Assembly (NCBI GenBank): GCA_947623815.1
Contig: CANQHO010000003.1
Span: forward strand, 1 to 43,903
Origin: an uncultured Bacilli bacterium
Lineage (GTDB): Bacteria > Bacillota_I > Bacilli_A > RF39 > UBA660
Direction: 5' to 3'
DNA: 43,903 nt
The position numbers and the translations under genes are program-made. The notes under the pieces are model-generated. The model ran no database searches, was not told the origin of the DNA, and worked only from the letters and a program-made list of their open reading frames with translations. Shown one piece after another: positions 1-8,847 of this stretch (the first letter of the stretch is position 1; every line of letters starts with the position of its first letter).

Positions 1-67
1 TTTTAACAAAAATTTTAAATTTATTTTAATATGTTTTTATTTTCTATTTTGCGAAGCACTTTCCTAG

Positions 68-469
68 AAGATAAAAACAGCTTCATTTTTAATGCTGAAA
101 AATGAAATTGGCTTTTTACCAGTTTTAGAAAATGATACTTTAATTGGTGTTATAACGGATCGGGATATAGTTATTAAAGGTTGTACGACTTTAAATGTCT
201 AAAATAAAGTTCAATCAATTATTTCAAATAAGGTAGTAACCATTGATATAAACAAAAATATTAGTGATTGTTTAAAAATAATGCAGAAGGAAAAAATAAG
301 TCGTCTTATAATTACTTCTGAAAATAAGATTGTTGGAATAATTAGTTTATTTGATTTATTGAAAATCGAAAAACTAGAAACCAAAATAATTAAAACTTTA
401 AAAATAATTAAAGAAAATAAAATAAACAATAAAGAACCATTACCTTCTATTGAGGACTTTGAATTATAG
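68..469 (+). pseudogene. CBS-domain pair protein (YlbB/YhcV-like), disrupted
   Basis: The frame of ORF 281..469 extends upstream as IKTASFLMLKNEIGFLPVLENDTLIGVITDRDIVIKG (typical CBS motifs LPV and G(V/I)ITDRD). It is broken by an in-frame TAA at 200-202, and a TAG at 65-67 cuts off the expected N-terminus. Confidence 0.75.
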
Positions 470-514
470 TAACCACCTTTTTCAATTAGAATATACTAAA
501 CTAGGAGGTAAGAT

Positions 515-757
515 ATGAACTTTACAGACGGTTTTTTTAAAAGAGTTGAAAAAAAAACCAATGTTAATAAAGACACTATTCTTTCCTTGGCCCAAAAATT
601 AAGTCAGGGAGATATGAAAAATGAAGATAATTTAAGAGAGGTTATCCATGAACTTAGTACCATGACTGGTAAATCAGTATCTAAAGAAAAAGAAGACAAA
701 ATAATTGAAGCCATTCAAAATGATCAAGTACCTGATAATATTGACAAGTTACTCTAA
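515..757 (+). CDS. spoVIF: Stage VI sporulation protein F
   Basis: 80 aa with FFKRVEKKTNV...LRxVIxxLSxMTGKxVSKEKEDKIIxAI, the SpoVIF family pattern; AGGAGG RBS upstream. Confidence 0.85.
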   Translation: MNFTDGFFKRVEKKTNVNKDTILSLAQKLSQGDMKNEDNLREVIHELSTMTGKSVSKEKEDKIIEAIQNDQVPDNIDKLL

Positions 758-771
758 AGTAACTTTTTTTG
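730..771 (+). repeat. 42-bp direct repeat, copy 1 (spoVIF 3' end plus terminator)
   Basis: acctgataatattgacaagttactctaaagtaactttttttg is identical to 2635-2676. Confidence 0.95.
746..770 (+). terminator. Intrinsic terminator after spoVIF
   Basis: aagttac...gtaactt inverted repeat running into a T tract. Confidence 0.6.
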
Positions 772-823
772 ATAAAAAATGATATCGCAAAAAAAGAAGC
801 CAAACTTCTTTCATTGACATATT

Positions 824-2029
824 TTACTTATCATTTAATAACCAATCTATTATATTGATAACTTTGATACCGTTATAATCATTATTTATCGATTTATCCA
901 TAGTCAATATAATTTTTTCATAGTTGTCGTCAATACTTTCTAAACTTCTAAGTTCTCTTTGTTTGACATTATCATTAACCAAAGACTTAGTAACTTGATA
1001 ATATTTGATACAATTAGGATTTTCTGCAATAAAATCTACTTCATATTCATTGGATTTTCCAATATTAACTCTGTATCCCCTTCTCAACAATTCCAAGTAA
1101 ACAACATTTTTCAGTAAATGACCTTCATCAATATTTCTAAAACCCAATATTATATTTCTAATTCCCGTATCCGATATATAATATTTACCTAAAGTTTTAA
1201 GCAATGCTTTACTCTTGATATCCGTTCTATCAGCTTTATACACAATAAAAGATTTTTCCAACATATTCAAATAATTATCAATTGTTTGGTGATTGGATTT
1301 CTCCATTATTTTATTACTATTTAAATAATCACTTATCTTACTAGAAGATATCGGACTACCAATATTATTTGATAAATATTTTATAATATTTTCTAAAAGA
1401 GCCGTATTTTGAATTTTATTTCTATCGATAATATCTTTTTTAACAATTGTATTATAAATATCATTCAAATAAGTTAAAACCAGGTCATCATTATTTTTAA
1501 TTGAAGTTATAGCGGGCAATCCCCCATATTTTAAATACTCATTAAATTTATCTTCCAAATTATTTTTATCATAATTATTAAAAACTAAATATTCTTTAAA
1601 TGACAAAGGATACATTTTTATTTCTATATATCGTCCCGATAACAAAGTTGATAATTCACTAGATAGAAGATAGGCATTCGATCCCGTTATATAAATATCT
1701 ATATCAAAATCTACTTTAAAAGAATTTATTGCCTTTTCCCATGATTCGACAATTTGGACTTCATCTAACAATAAATATACTTTACTTTTTTTCATTTTGG
1801 TTTGGACATATTGATATAAATCTTTGTAATTTTTTATATCATCATATAAGGCCGATTCAAAATTGATATAAATTATATTCTCTTCCTTAACTTTATTTTG
1901 TAATAAATAATCTTTAAACATCCGTAAAAGAGTTGATTTACCACTTCTTCTAACTCCTGTTATTACTTTTATAAATTCAGTATCTTTATAATCGATTATT
2001 TTTTTCAAATAATTATCTCTTTGAATCAT
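824..2029 (-). CDS. AAA_14-type ATPase with DUF4143-like C-terminal domain
   Basis: Walker A GVRRSGKS, Walker B LLLDEVQ, ITGSN, YGGLP and C-terminal EVDFIA motifs; about 400 aa, typical of this family. Confidence 0.85.
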   Translation of the reverse strand: MIQRDNYLKKIIDYKDTEFIKVITGVRRSGKSTLLRMFKDYLLQNKVKEENIIYINFESALYDDIKNYKDLYQYVQTKMKKSKVYLLLDEVQIVESWEKAINSFKVDFDIDIYITGSNAYLLSSELSTLLSGRYIEIKMYPLSFKEYLVFNNYDKNNLEDKFNEYLKYGGLPAITSIKNNDDLVLTYLNDIYNTIVKKDIIDRNKIQNTALLENIIKYLSNNIGSPISSSKISDYLNSNKIMEKSNHQTIDNYLNMLEKSFIVYKADRTDIKSKALLKTLGKYYISDTGIRNIILGFRNIDEGHLLKNVVYLELLRRGYRVNIGKSNEYEVDFIAENPNCIKYYQVTKSLVNDNVKQRELRSLESIDDNYEKIILTMDKSINNDYNGIKVINIIDWLLNDK

Positions 2030-2249
2030 ATTTCATCACCAATTCCATAATATCACAATAAAACTTAGCTGTAAAGTTTTGATGATGAACTTGCAAAAAA
2101 AGTTTTTTTGACATTTTTTGCAAATGAATTTTTTTAAACTGTTTTAAACAAAATAACAATATTAAATAACTGTGATGATATATATCCCAAAATATAGTAT
2201 AATTTAATTAGCCCGTTAAAACAAAAATTAAGACAAGGAGGAAACTATT

Positions 2250-2619
2250 ATGAAGAGTTTACAAATTAGAAATTCAACAGCAGAGTTTTTAATATTTACT
2301 AAACAAAAAAAAGAAAAAAATATTGAAGTAATAGTAGATGAAGAATCTGTATGGTTAAGTCAAAAATTAATGGCCGAATTATTTGGAACAACTAGAAACA
2401 ATATTACTATGCATTTAAAAGATATTTTTAGTAAAGAACTAGACGAAAAAGCAACTAGTAAGGATTTCTTACTAGTTCAAAAAGAAGGACAAAGAGAAGT
2501 AAAAAGAAATACAAAATATTATAATTTAGATGTCGTTATTACAATTTAATCAACAAGAAGTATTAGATAATCTAGGAACAGTTTCTCATAAAATTGCGGA
2601 AAGTATGAAGATAATTTAA
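2250..2619 (+). pseudogene. RhuM-family protein, internally deleted
   Basis: N-terminus has ESVWLSQKLMAELF, NITMHLKDIF and YYNLDVVI (RhuM-like) and stops at 99 aa. An overlapping frame then reads LQFNQQEVLDNLGTVSHKIAE, resembling the RhuM C-terminal segment, so the middle appears deleted. Confidence 0.75.
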
Positions 2620-2676
2620 GATAGTTTATCCAAAACCTGATAATATTGACAAGTTACTCTAAAGTAACTTTTTTTG
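2605..2676 (+). repeat. Decayed duplicate of the spoVIF 3' half (direct repeat copy 2)
   Basis: 2605-2632 matches 621-648 with 2 mismatches in 28 bp; 2635-2676 is identical to 730-771. Confidence 0.9.
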
Positions 2677-2704
2677 GTATAAAAAGGTAATGTAATCATA
2701 ATAT
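2677..2704 (+). promoter_or_regulatory. Possible sigma-E-type promoter of spoIVA
   Basis: GTATAAA-N13-CATAATAT resembles the mother-cell sigma-E consensus, and spoIVA is sigma-E controlled in B. subtilis. The AT-rich background lowers specificity. Confidence 0.4.
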
Positions 2705-2725
2705 TTACTAGAAAGTAGGGATTAA

Positions 2726-4201
2726 ATGGAAAAAACAGACATCATAAAAAATATTGCCAAACGGACTGATGGGGAAATATATTTAGGAGTTGTTGGAGCC
2801 GTTAGAACAGGTAAATCAACATTTATAAAAAAAGTAATTGAAAACTTAGTTGTACCAAATATTGAAGATGAATATGAAAGAAAAAGAGCCTTAGATGAAA
2901 TCCCCCAATCCGCTCAAGGAAAAACCATCATGACGATCGAACCTAAATTTGTACCGAGCAATGGAGCAACTATTTTAATTGATGATTTTAAAGCCTCAAT
3001 TAGACTAATTGACTGTGTCGGTTATGTTATACCTGGTTCCACTGGCTATGAAACCGAAGATGGACCAAGATTGGTTAAATGTCCATGGTATGATGAAGAA
3101 ATACCTTTTATCGAAGCGGCAGAAATTGGTACGGAAAAAGTAATTAGAGATCATTCATCAATTGGTATTGTCGTAACTACCGATGGATCATTTACCGATA
3201 TTTCTAGAAATGATTATATCGAAGCTGAAGAAAGAATTGTATCCGAATTAAAAGAAATTGGTAAACCTTTTATTGTTATTTTAAACAGTAATCACCCTAG
3301 TTTACCAGAAACGGAAAAACTGGCTGAACAATTAAAAGAAAACTACCAAGTACCAGTTTTACCAATCAGTATTGAAAATATGACCGAAAGAGATATATAC
3401 AATATCTTAAAAGAAGCACTATATGAATTTCCAGTATTAGAAGTAAAAGTTGATATGCCCGAATGGATCGCTTGCTTATCACCAAACAATTGGCTTAAAA
3501 AAATATACATTGACAAAATAAAAGAAAGTGTTATGGAAATCGATAAACTTAAGGATATCGATAAAATAACTGACCATTTTCACGAATGTGAATATATTGA
3601 AAAGGCTTATCTATCTGGAGTTGATCCATCAACTGGTATTGTAACTGTTACTTTGGAAGCCAAAAAAGATTTATACAATCAAGTGTTAAAAGAAATAATT
3701 GGTACCGATATAAAAAACAAATCTGATTTACTTAAATTATTCCAAGAATATCAAGAGGCTAAAACCGAATACGATCAAATAAAAAATGCTTTAAAAATGG
3801 TTAAACAAACCGGATATGGGGTGGCTAGTCCATCACTTAGTGATATGAAATTAGATACCCCAGAAATAATAAAACAAGGAAGTAGATACGGTATCAAATT
3901 AAAGGCTACTGCCCCATCTATTCACATGATAAGAGTTGATGTTGAATCTACCTTTGAACCAATTATCGGTTCGGAATTACAAAGTAAAGAACTTATTGAT
4001 TACCTCATGAAAGACTATGATTCCAATCCAGATAACATTTGGAAAAGTGAAATATTTGGAAGAAGTTTAGATGTCATCGTAAAAGAAGGAATCCAAGCCA
4101 AACTTTCTTTATTACCAGAAAATGTTCGTTTTAAACTTTGTCAAACTTTAGGTAAATTAGTTAATAAAGGTAGTGGTAATTTATTTGCTATTGTAATATA
4201 A
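2726..4201 (+). CDS. spoIVA: Stage IV sporulation protein A (coat morphogenetic ATPase)
   Basis: 491 aa; IYLGVVGAVRTGKSTFIKK, DEIPQSAQGKTIMTIEPKFVP, IDCVGY, TTDGS, APSIHMIRVD, IWKSEIFGRSL. Confidence 0.97.
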   Translation: MEKTDIIKNIAKRTDGEIYLGVVGAVRTGKSTFIKKVIENLVVPNIEDEYERKRALDEIPQSAQGKTIMTIEPKFVPSNGATILIDDFKASIRLIDCVGYVIPGSTGYETEDGPRLVKCPWYDEEIPFIEAAEIGTEKVIRDHSSIGIVVTTDGSFTDISRNDYIEAEERIVSELKEIGKPFIVILNSNHPSLPETEKLAEQLKENYQVPVLPISIENMTERDIYNILKEALYEFPVLEVKVDMPEWIACLSPNNWLKKIYIDKIKESVMEIDKLKDIDKITDHFHECEYIEKAYLSGVDPSTGIVTVTLEAKKDLYNQVLKEIIGTDIKNKSDLLKLFQEYQEAKTEYDQIKNALKMVKQTGYGVASPSLSDMKLDTPEIIKQGSRYGIKLKATAPSIHMIRVDVESTFEPIIGSELQSKELIDYLMKDYDSNPDNIWKSEIFGRSLDVIVKEGIQAKLSLLPENVRFKLCQTLGKLVNKGSGNLFAIVI

Positions 4202-4224
4202 AAGACAAGAATTTTCTTGTCTTT
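4200..4224. terminator. Bidirectional terminator between spoIVA and der
   Basis: aaaagacaagaa...ttcttgtctttt inverted repeat between convergent genes. Confidence 0.75.
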
Positions 4225-5544
4225 TCACATATTATTTTCCCCTTTATTTTTAAACTGAATAACAATTGGTGTTCCTTCCAATTCAAAATTTTCCCGCAAC
4301 TTATTTTCCAAATAACGTTTGTATGAAAAATGAACCAATCCTTTACTATTAACTTGAATATTAAAAGTTGGGGGCATGGTACTTACTTGATTCGCAAAAT
4401 AAATTTTTAATCTTCTATCTTTATAAGATGGTGGTAAATTTAAATGATAGGCTTCTTCAATAACATCATTTAATACACTAGTTTTAACCATCAAATTACT
4501 ATTTTGATAAACTTTTTCAATTTCTGGCATAAGAGTATGAATTCTTTTTTTCGTCAAAGCCGATAAAAAGACAATTGGGGCATAAGAAATAAACGCTAAT
4601 TCACTTCTTATCCACTCTTTCATTTTTTTCATTTCCGTATCTTTATTTTCAATCAAATCCCATTTGTTAACGGCAATAATAATTCCTTTACCGGCTTCCA
4701 AAGCATAAGATGCAATATGTTTATCATGTTCAATAATACCTTCTTCAGCATTGATAACTAATACACAAACATCCGATCTTTCAATGGCCTGCATAGAACG
4801 CAGTAAACTATATTTTTCGATTTTTTCATAAACCCGACCTTTTTTCCGCATTCCGGCTGTATCGATTACCACATATTTTTTTTCATGATAAGTGAAAGGT
4901 AAATCTATCGAATCTCTAGTAGTACCTGCTATAGATGAAACAATTACTCTTTCTTCATTAAGTAAAGCATTTACTAAACTACTTTTCCCCACATTGGGTC
5001 TTCCAATAAAAGAAAAATGGATGGAATCATCTTTTTTTTCTTCACTACTTTTATTCATATCTTTACATATTTCTTCAATCAAAGTAACAGTTTCACTATT
5101 TTGTTCCCCACTGACACTAACATAATTTTCAAATCCTAATTCATAAAAATCATATTGATGATTTTTGTATTCTTTAGTATCCATTTTATTTATGGCAACA
5201 ATAACCGGTTTTTTAGATTTTATCAAAATATCTCTAACTAAAAAATCATCACTAGTTAATCCTTCTTTTCCATCGACTACAAATACTACTTTGTCGGCTT
5301 CATCAATCGCAATCATCGCTTGCATTTTAATGTCTTCTATAAAGTCATTATCCCCTTTTTCAATTCCCCCAGTATCAATTAGATAAAAACTATAATCTTG
5401 ATAATTAACCGTTCCATATAAACGATCTCTAGTGACACCGGGTGTATCTTCAATAATTGCCATTCTTTTTCCTATTAAACGATTAAATAAAGTACTTTTC
5501 CCCACATTTGGTCTTCCCACCAAAGCAACTGTTTGTTTGGCCAT
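4225..5544 (-). CDS. der: Ribosome biogenesis GTPase Der (EngA)
   Basis: Two GRPNVGKS P-loops, TRDR/TRDS, DTGG/DTAG, NKMD/NKWD; C-terminal KH-like domain with GTPI. Confidence 0.97.
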   Translation of the reverse strand: MAKQTVALVGRPNVGKSTLFNRLIGKRMAIIEDTPGVTRDRLYGTVNYQDYSFYLIDTGGIEKGDNDFIEDIKMQAMIAIDEADKVVFVVDGKEGLTSDDFLVRDILIKSKKPVIVAINKMDTKEYKNHQYDFYELGFENYVSVSGEQNSETVTLIEEICKDMNKSSEEKKDDSIHFSFIGRPNVGKSSLVNALLNEERVIVSSIAGTTRDSIDLPFTYHEKKYVVIDTAGMRKKGRVYEKIEKYSLLRSMQAIERSDVCVLVINAEEGIIEHDKHIASYALEAGKGIIIAVNKWDLIENKDTEMKKMKEWIRSELAFISYAPIVFLSALTKKRIHTLMPEIEKVYQNSNLMVKTSVLNDVIEEAYHLNLPPSYKDRRLKIYFANQVSTMPPTFNIQVNSKGLVHFSYKRYLENKLRENFELEGTPIVIQFKNKGENNM

Positions 5545-5585
5545 AACAACACCTCTTTGGTATTATATCAAATTTTTTTTTATTT

Positions 5586-5984
5586 TTAAACATCTTCATC
5601 GATGATTATATCAATTGTATGTTCTAAAATATTTCCTATTTCTAAATTAGATATTTTTTTATTTAAAGTAATAAATGGTTGGATTTTTTTTAAATAATTA
5701 AGTTGATAGTCATCATCAATAATAAATTTAAACTTAGTATCTATTACTTGAACATTTATATCATCATCGAGAAAAAAAAGGTCATCATCAGTAAAATATA
5801 CAGTAATTAAATAACCATAATTTTCATCTTTAAATATTTTAATAAAATATATTTGACGATTTTTTATTTGGTATTTATTTTTGATAATTTTTAATATTTT
5901 TTTTAAATTATCTTCTTTTTCAACATCAAATAAATAATTGGAAACCAAAATTTTAATTTTGTCATCTTCTTCTATTACTTTCAT
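5586..5984 (-). CDS. Hypothetical protein, possibly a distant MecA/YpbH-like adaptor
   Basis: 132-aa ORF with RBS (aggaagtg). The MKV..DDKIKILV start loosely recalls MecA-family N-termini; a weak impression only. Confidence 0.45.
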   Translation of the reverse strand: MKVIEEDDKIKILVSNYLFDVEKEDNLKKILKIIKNKYQIKNRQIYFIKIFKDENYGYLITVYFTDDDLFFLDDDINVQVIDTKFKFIIDDDYQLNYLKKIQPFITLNKKISNLEIGNILEHTIDIIIDEDV

Positions 5985-6030
5985 ATTTCACTTCCTAAAT
6001 TATTGTATGTTTTTAAATTAGAAATGCGAA

Positions 6031-6057
6031 AAAGAAAATAGTTTTTCTATTTTCTTT
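6031..6057 (-). terminator. Intrinsic terminator after the pilin-amidase gene
   Basis: aaagaaaatag...ctattttcttt inverted repeat followed by Ts on the minus strand. Confidence 0.7.
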
Positions 6058-7954
6058 AACTATTCCTACAAAATTCGTAAAATTCACCTTTTCCTTTAAC
6101 TATTTTACATTTTTTCCCTGAGGCATCTTTTTCACCGACTGGACAATATCCAGTAGAACTAAAATAATAGCAATACCATTTATCTTTTCTTGTACATTTT
6201 CCACCATGCCATTCACAGCCTTGTTGACCTTTAAAAATGTTTGTACAATCAGAATAAGTTTTATATAATTTACAAATATCACTACTTGATTTTTTTTCTA
6301 AATTTTCATGTACTCCATAATTATTATTAGAGTTACTATTTGAATTACTATTGCTGCTAGAACTATTTGAACTACTGCTTGAGCTACTACTAGAACTACT
6401 TGTTGAACTATTAGAACTACTACTATCAGTAGTACTTCTAGCAATTTTACTACCATAATGTTTTTTAAATACATTAGCTAATTCTTTAGCTATTTTTTCT
6501 TTATTTTTATTATATTTATTCATGGCAGCTGTATTATCGTAAAACTCGGTTTCTATATAAGTAATCGGAATATTTAAGCTTTCAAAATAATTAACATTTT
6601 TTAAACTTTGGGTGATGTTACCCATGCTTTTACCGGTATATTTTACTACAGCTTCTTTCAATTCTTTATCGATACTAGACATTCCTTTAGTTCCCAACAT
6701 TAAAAGGGTTCCCTGAGCCGTATGTGAATCACTGGCATTAAAATGAATTTCAATAACATGGGTAAATTTTTTAAATTTCTTTTCATTATTCTTAAATGTT
6801 TGGGTTTTTAAAACATTTTCCACATACATTGATTTATTCATTTTAGCATCTGTTCCACCCAACATTTCATTGGCAATTGAAGCTTTTAAGTTTAAATTAT
6901 CTAATTCTTTTTTCAACAGTTTAGCTAGTATTCTAGTTTGATCTGGTTCTAAGTATTTATATCCACTTTCTTCACGACATTCATTGCTTACTTGGGCACA
7001 ATATGGATAATAAGAGTGACCGGCAATTATCAAAATTCCACCATCACCTTTACTTTTACTGGTGGAAATTTCATCGATTTCCCAATCATCTTCCAATACT
7101 ACTCTATTGGTTGTTTCTGGATTAGGAGTTTTACTAGGTGTTTTATTTTTTCTATCATTGGCACCGGGGTCAATGTATCCGGCCTCTTTACAGTCTGATG
7201 CACTTGTTAAAAAGCATGATACACATCCCATAAAATTATCTTTACTTCCAACTCGGCCAAATACCCACTGAACTATAGCTAGTACAAAGAATATGGCGAC
7301 ACCAGCTATAAGCCTTCTGGTGAATTTATTTTTTTGTTCGTCCATATCTTTTTCTTCACTACTTGTTGTTGCTTTAAAAAAGTCTAACATTCCTAAGGCA
7401 ATTATTATTATTGGAATTAGTAATTTCAATATATTGAATAAAGCTCTAACATACATAGGTAAAGTTTCTGGTATTTGATCTTTGGTATTTCCTGTACAGG
7501 TTATAGCTTTTATTTTTCCTTCGTTTGGGTCTTTACTACTATTATCTTCTTTTTTGGTAGTACTACTACCTGTAACATCTACCGGCATACAGGAATTATT
7601 TTTAACTTCACATTCGTTGCTTCCAACTTTTTTAGGGCATTCGTCAGCTTCATAGTCATAACATGTTTTACTTTCGGAAGTATCAACCGCATTTCCTTCG
7701 GAATCAACGGTAGTAACACATTTATCGTCCTTAACTTCACAGGTCATTCCATTTACTTCTTCAGGACACCCCAAATCCGGATAATCTTCACAATAGGCAT
7801 CTTTACAGGTATTCGATGTTTGATAACAAATTTTACCTTCTGAAGATTTGACTGGACAATTACTCACCTCATATTCATCACATGTTTTGGCAGCATTAAC
7901 TTGAGAAGTAAATAAAATAAAACTAAATAAAAATAATAATATTTTTTTCTTCAC
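6056..7954 (-). CDS. Membrane protein: signal peptide, Cys-rich repeats, TrbC/VirB2-pilin-like 2-TM core, N-acetylmuramoyl-L-alanine amidase (Amidase_3-like), Ser-rich linker, Cys-rich tail
   Basis: Signal peptide MKKKILLFLFSFILF..VNA; CxDYxxxxCP repeats; core ILKLLIPIIIIALGMLDFFKA...KFTRRLIAGVAIFFV; amidase Zn and catalytic motifs IIAGH, E, IEIHFNA, YIETEF. Confidence 0.8.
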   Translation of the reverse strand: MKKKILLFLFSFILFTSQVNAAKTCDEYEVSNCPVKSSEGKICYQTSNTCKDAYCEDYPDLGCPEEVNGMTCEVKDDKCVTTVDSEGNAVDTSESKTCYDYEADECPKKVGSNECEVKNNSCMPVDVTGSSTTKKEDNSSKDPNEGKIKAITCTGNTKDQIPETLPMYVRALFNILKLLIPIIIIALGMLDFFKATTSSEEKDMDEQKNKFTRRLIAGVAIFFVLAIVQWVFGRVGSKDNFMGCVSCFLTSASDCKEAGYIDPGANDRKNKTPSKTPNPETTNRVVLEDDWEIDEISTSKSKGDGGILIIAGHSYYPYCAQVSNECREESGYKYLEPDQTRILAKLLKKELDNLNLKASIANEMLGGTDAKMNKSMYVENVLKTQTFKNNEKKFKKFTHVIEIHFNASDSHTAQGTLLMLGTKGMSSIDKELKEAVVKYTGKSMGNITQSLKNVNYFESLNIPITYIETEFYDNTAAMNKYNKNKEKIAKELANVFKKHYGSKIARSTTDSSSSNSSTSSSSSSSSSSSNSSSSNSNSNSNSNNNYGVHENLEKKSSSDICKLYKTYSDCTNIFKGQQGCEWHGGKCTRKDKWYCYYFSSTGYCPVGEKDASGKKCKIVKGKGEFYEFCRNS

Positions 7955-7956
7955 AA

Positions 7957-8538
7957 TTATATTATCCTTTCAATCTTTTCATGAATTTCTCTTTTTCCAT
8001 CTTTACTTATATTGGAAAAAACAACAAAATCATCACCAACAACTAAATCAAGTTCTTTAAGTATTAAATTTCTTTGAACTTGGTGTTTAGTAATGGGAAC
8101 TTTATCGGCTTTAGTAGCTACAACAGTTACTGGTAATTTATAATATTTTAAAAAGTCATACATTATAATGTCATCTTCGCTAGGTTTATGACGAAAATCA
8201 ATTAGTAAAAAAACTTGTTTTAATTCATCTCTACTAGTTAAATAATCTTCTATCAACAATCCAAATTTTTTTCTTTTTTGTTTACCAGTACTAGCATATC
8301 CATAACCGGGAGCATCGACTAAGTAAAATTCTTCATTGACATAGTAAAAATTTATGGTTTGAGTTTTTCCGGGACTACTTGATATTCTAGCAATATTTTT
8401 GCGATTGGTAATTGTATTTATGAAACTACTTTTTCCAACATTGGAACGTCCTATTAGCAAAAATTCGGGTTTATGATTTTTGGGATACTGACTTCTTCTA
8501 ACGGCACTCATAACTAAATCTACGCTGTTTATCTTCAT
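7957..8538 (-). CDS. engB: Ribosome biogenesis GTP-binding protein YsxC/EngB
   Basis: GRSNVGKSS, SSSPGKTQTINFY, DAPGYG, TKADK; 193 aa. Confidence 0.96.
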   Translation of the reverse strand: MKINSVDLVMSAVRRSQYPKNHKPEFLLIGRSNVGKSSFINTITNRKNIARISSSPGKTQTINFYYVNEEFYLVDAPGYGYASTGKQKRKKFGLLIEDYLTSRDELKQVFLLIDFRHKPSEDDIIMYDFLKYYKLPVTVVATKADKVPITKHQVQRNLILKELDLVVGDDFVVFSNISKDGKREIHEKIERII

Positions 8539-8611
8539 AATACATCACCTTTTTCTTTTTTTAATTATATCATATGTATTTATTTAGTGGCAACTTAAAT
8601 CAATTTAACTA

Positions 8612-8640
8612 TTGTCAAATATTGTAATTTGTGATATTAT
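8612..8640 (+). promoter_or_regulatory. Sigma-A promoter divergent from engB
   Basis: TTGTCA-N17-TATTAT with extended TG. Confidence 0.6.
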
Positions 8641-8645
8641 TTATA

Positions 8646-8712
8646 GGACATCACACTCGTTATTTTTATTTTTTACGTGATAGTCTATAAGTCCTTATTT
8701 AAGGACTTTTAT
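8646..8712 (+). ncRNA. Candidate small non-coding RNA (about 65-70 nt)
   Basis: Lies right after the sigma-A promoter. Stem gac-atcac...gtgat-a-gtc, then terminator agtcctt-attt-aaggact-ttt; no ORF or RBS. Confidence 0.45.
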
Positions 8713-8847
8713 TGTTTGGACTTTTTTGAATAAATTGAGAACTATTTTGGTATATCCAAAAAATAATTTATAAACTAATATTCGACATATTTTGACTATA
8801 TCTAGTTTTATAATAGCAACTTAACAAATTCAAAAAAGAGGAAAACT

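Noticed and set aside
211-429. 72-aa minus-strand ORF
   Set aside because: Antisense shadow of the CBS pseudogene; its Phe/Ile/Leu-rich composition is what the reverse of A-rich coding DNA gives.
730-2676. skin-like element interrupting a sporulation gene
   Set aside because: spoVIF is already intact and no recombinase is present, so excision is not needed to restore a gene. Kept only as an islet remnant.
6320-6440. Ser/Asn low-complexity tract as a separate repeat element
   Set aside because: An ordinary flexible linker with mixed codons inside the pilin-amidase gene.
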